Source: Coriobacteriaceae bacterium (GTDB taxonomy: Bacteria > Actinomycetota > Coriobacteriia > Coriobacteriales > UMGS124). Taken from it: DNA of 64,000 nt. Position numbers and translations under genes: made by a program. Positions 63,648 through 64,000 of this stretch are shown piece by piece. The DNA is taken from positions 15,795 through 79,794 of the forward strand of contig JAHZGC010000015.1 in assembly GCA_019421015.1 (NCBI GenBank). Reading direction: 5' to 3'. The stretch's first letter is position 1, and every line of letters starts with the position of its first letter. Below the pieces are notes generated by a model. It did no database searches. It was not told the DNA's origin and saw only the letters and a program-made list of their open reading frames with translations.

Positions 63648-64000
63648 GTGTCAGAACGGATGAGCGACGACATCGAGCGCGTCCTGTTCAACGAGGAACA
63701 GCTTGCGGAGCGGGTTCGCGCCATGGGAGCGCGCATCACCGAGGACTACGCCGGATCAAAGCCCCTTATGGTGTGCATCCTCCGGGGCGCGTCGATCTTC
63801 TTTGCCGACTTGGTCCGCAGCATCGACCTGCCCATAGAGATCGATTTCATGGCGGTGTCGAGCTACGGCAAGGCGGCCAAGTCTTCGGGGATCGTGCGCA
63901 TCGTCAAGGACCTCGACACGCCGTTGCGCGACCGCGACGTGATCATCGTCGAGGACATCCTCGACTCGGGTCTGACGCTCAAGTACCTTTCGGCGAACCT
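63648..64000 (+). CDS. hpt: Hypoxanthine phosphoribosyltransferase (3' end outside the window)
   Basis: GTG 63648, 8 nt after AAGGAGG. LMVCILRGASIFFADL and VIIVEDILDSGLTLKYL (PRPP-binding motif). The ORF runs to the window edge and is absent from the ORF track. Confidence 0.85.
   Translation, partial: MSERMSDDIERVLFNEEQLAERVRAMGARITEDYAGSKPLMVCILRGASIFFADLVRSIDLPIEIDFMAVSSYGKAAKSSGIVRIVKDLDTPLRDRDVIIVEDILDSGLTLKYLSAN

Overview
G+C-rich bacterial chromosomal segment. The gene content looks like Actinobacteria/Coriobacteriia of the Eggerthellaceae type; that assignment is inferred from content only, with no search run. Positions 1-37.5 kb form an accessory anaerobic-reductase region. It holds three twin-arginine (Tat) signal flavoprotein reductases (1700-3532, 15944-17467, 34096-35715) and three Tat-signal molybdopterin enzymes of the DMSO-reductase family (7160-9808, 12384-14789, 21236-24217). 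These come with 4Fe-4S subunits, one membrane anchor and two TorD-like chaperones. Six polytopic-membrane LuxR-type regulators sit in or beside these loci: one runs off the left edge and one is interrupted by an in-frame TGA. Also here are an orphan Tat-signal solute-binding protein, a frameshifted polyferredoxin, and a trio of SF1-helicase-like, trigger-factor-like and unknown proteins. Positions 37.5-47 kb hold a PNPOx-like protein, a LOG-family protein, an initiator-type tRNA-Met followed by a decayed, visibly less G+C-rich remnant island, a nitroreductase, an IS256-family insertion sequence, and MarR plus a two-gene ABC exporter. Positions 47-64 kb are housekeeping genes: dfx, dtd, GNAT, rdgB, murI, LCP, tmRNA, patatin, cydAB, nadE, mscL, hsp20, an MBL hydrolase, tilS and hpt (partial). 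The most unusual content is non-coding. (i) Four long dyad-symmetric intergenic elements each carry the 10-mer AACCGCAGGT at or near the dyad centre. (ii) Two exactly symmetric arrays each hold four TGGAC-headed units. (iii) A TACCTGC-containing box lies 140-240 nt upstream of five operons. (iv) Two related families of nested-hairpin repeats show compensatory stem changes, and two copies sit between subunit genes of the molybdoenzyme operons. No CRISPR array, rRNA gene or intact prophage was seen.
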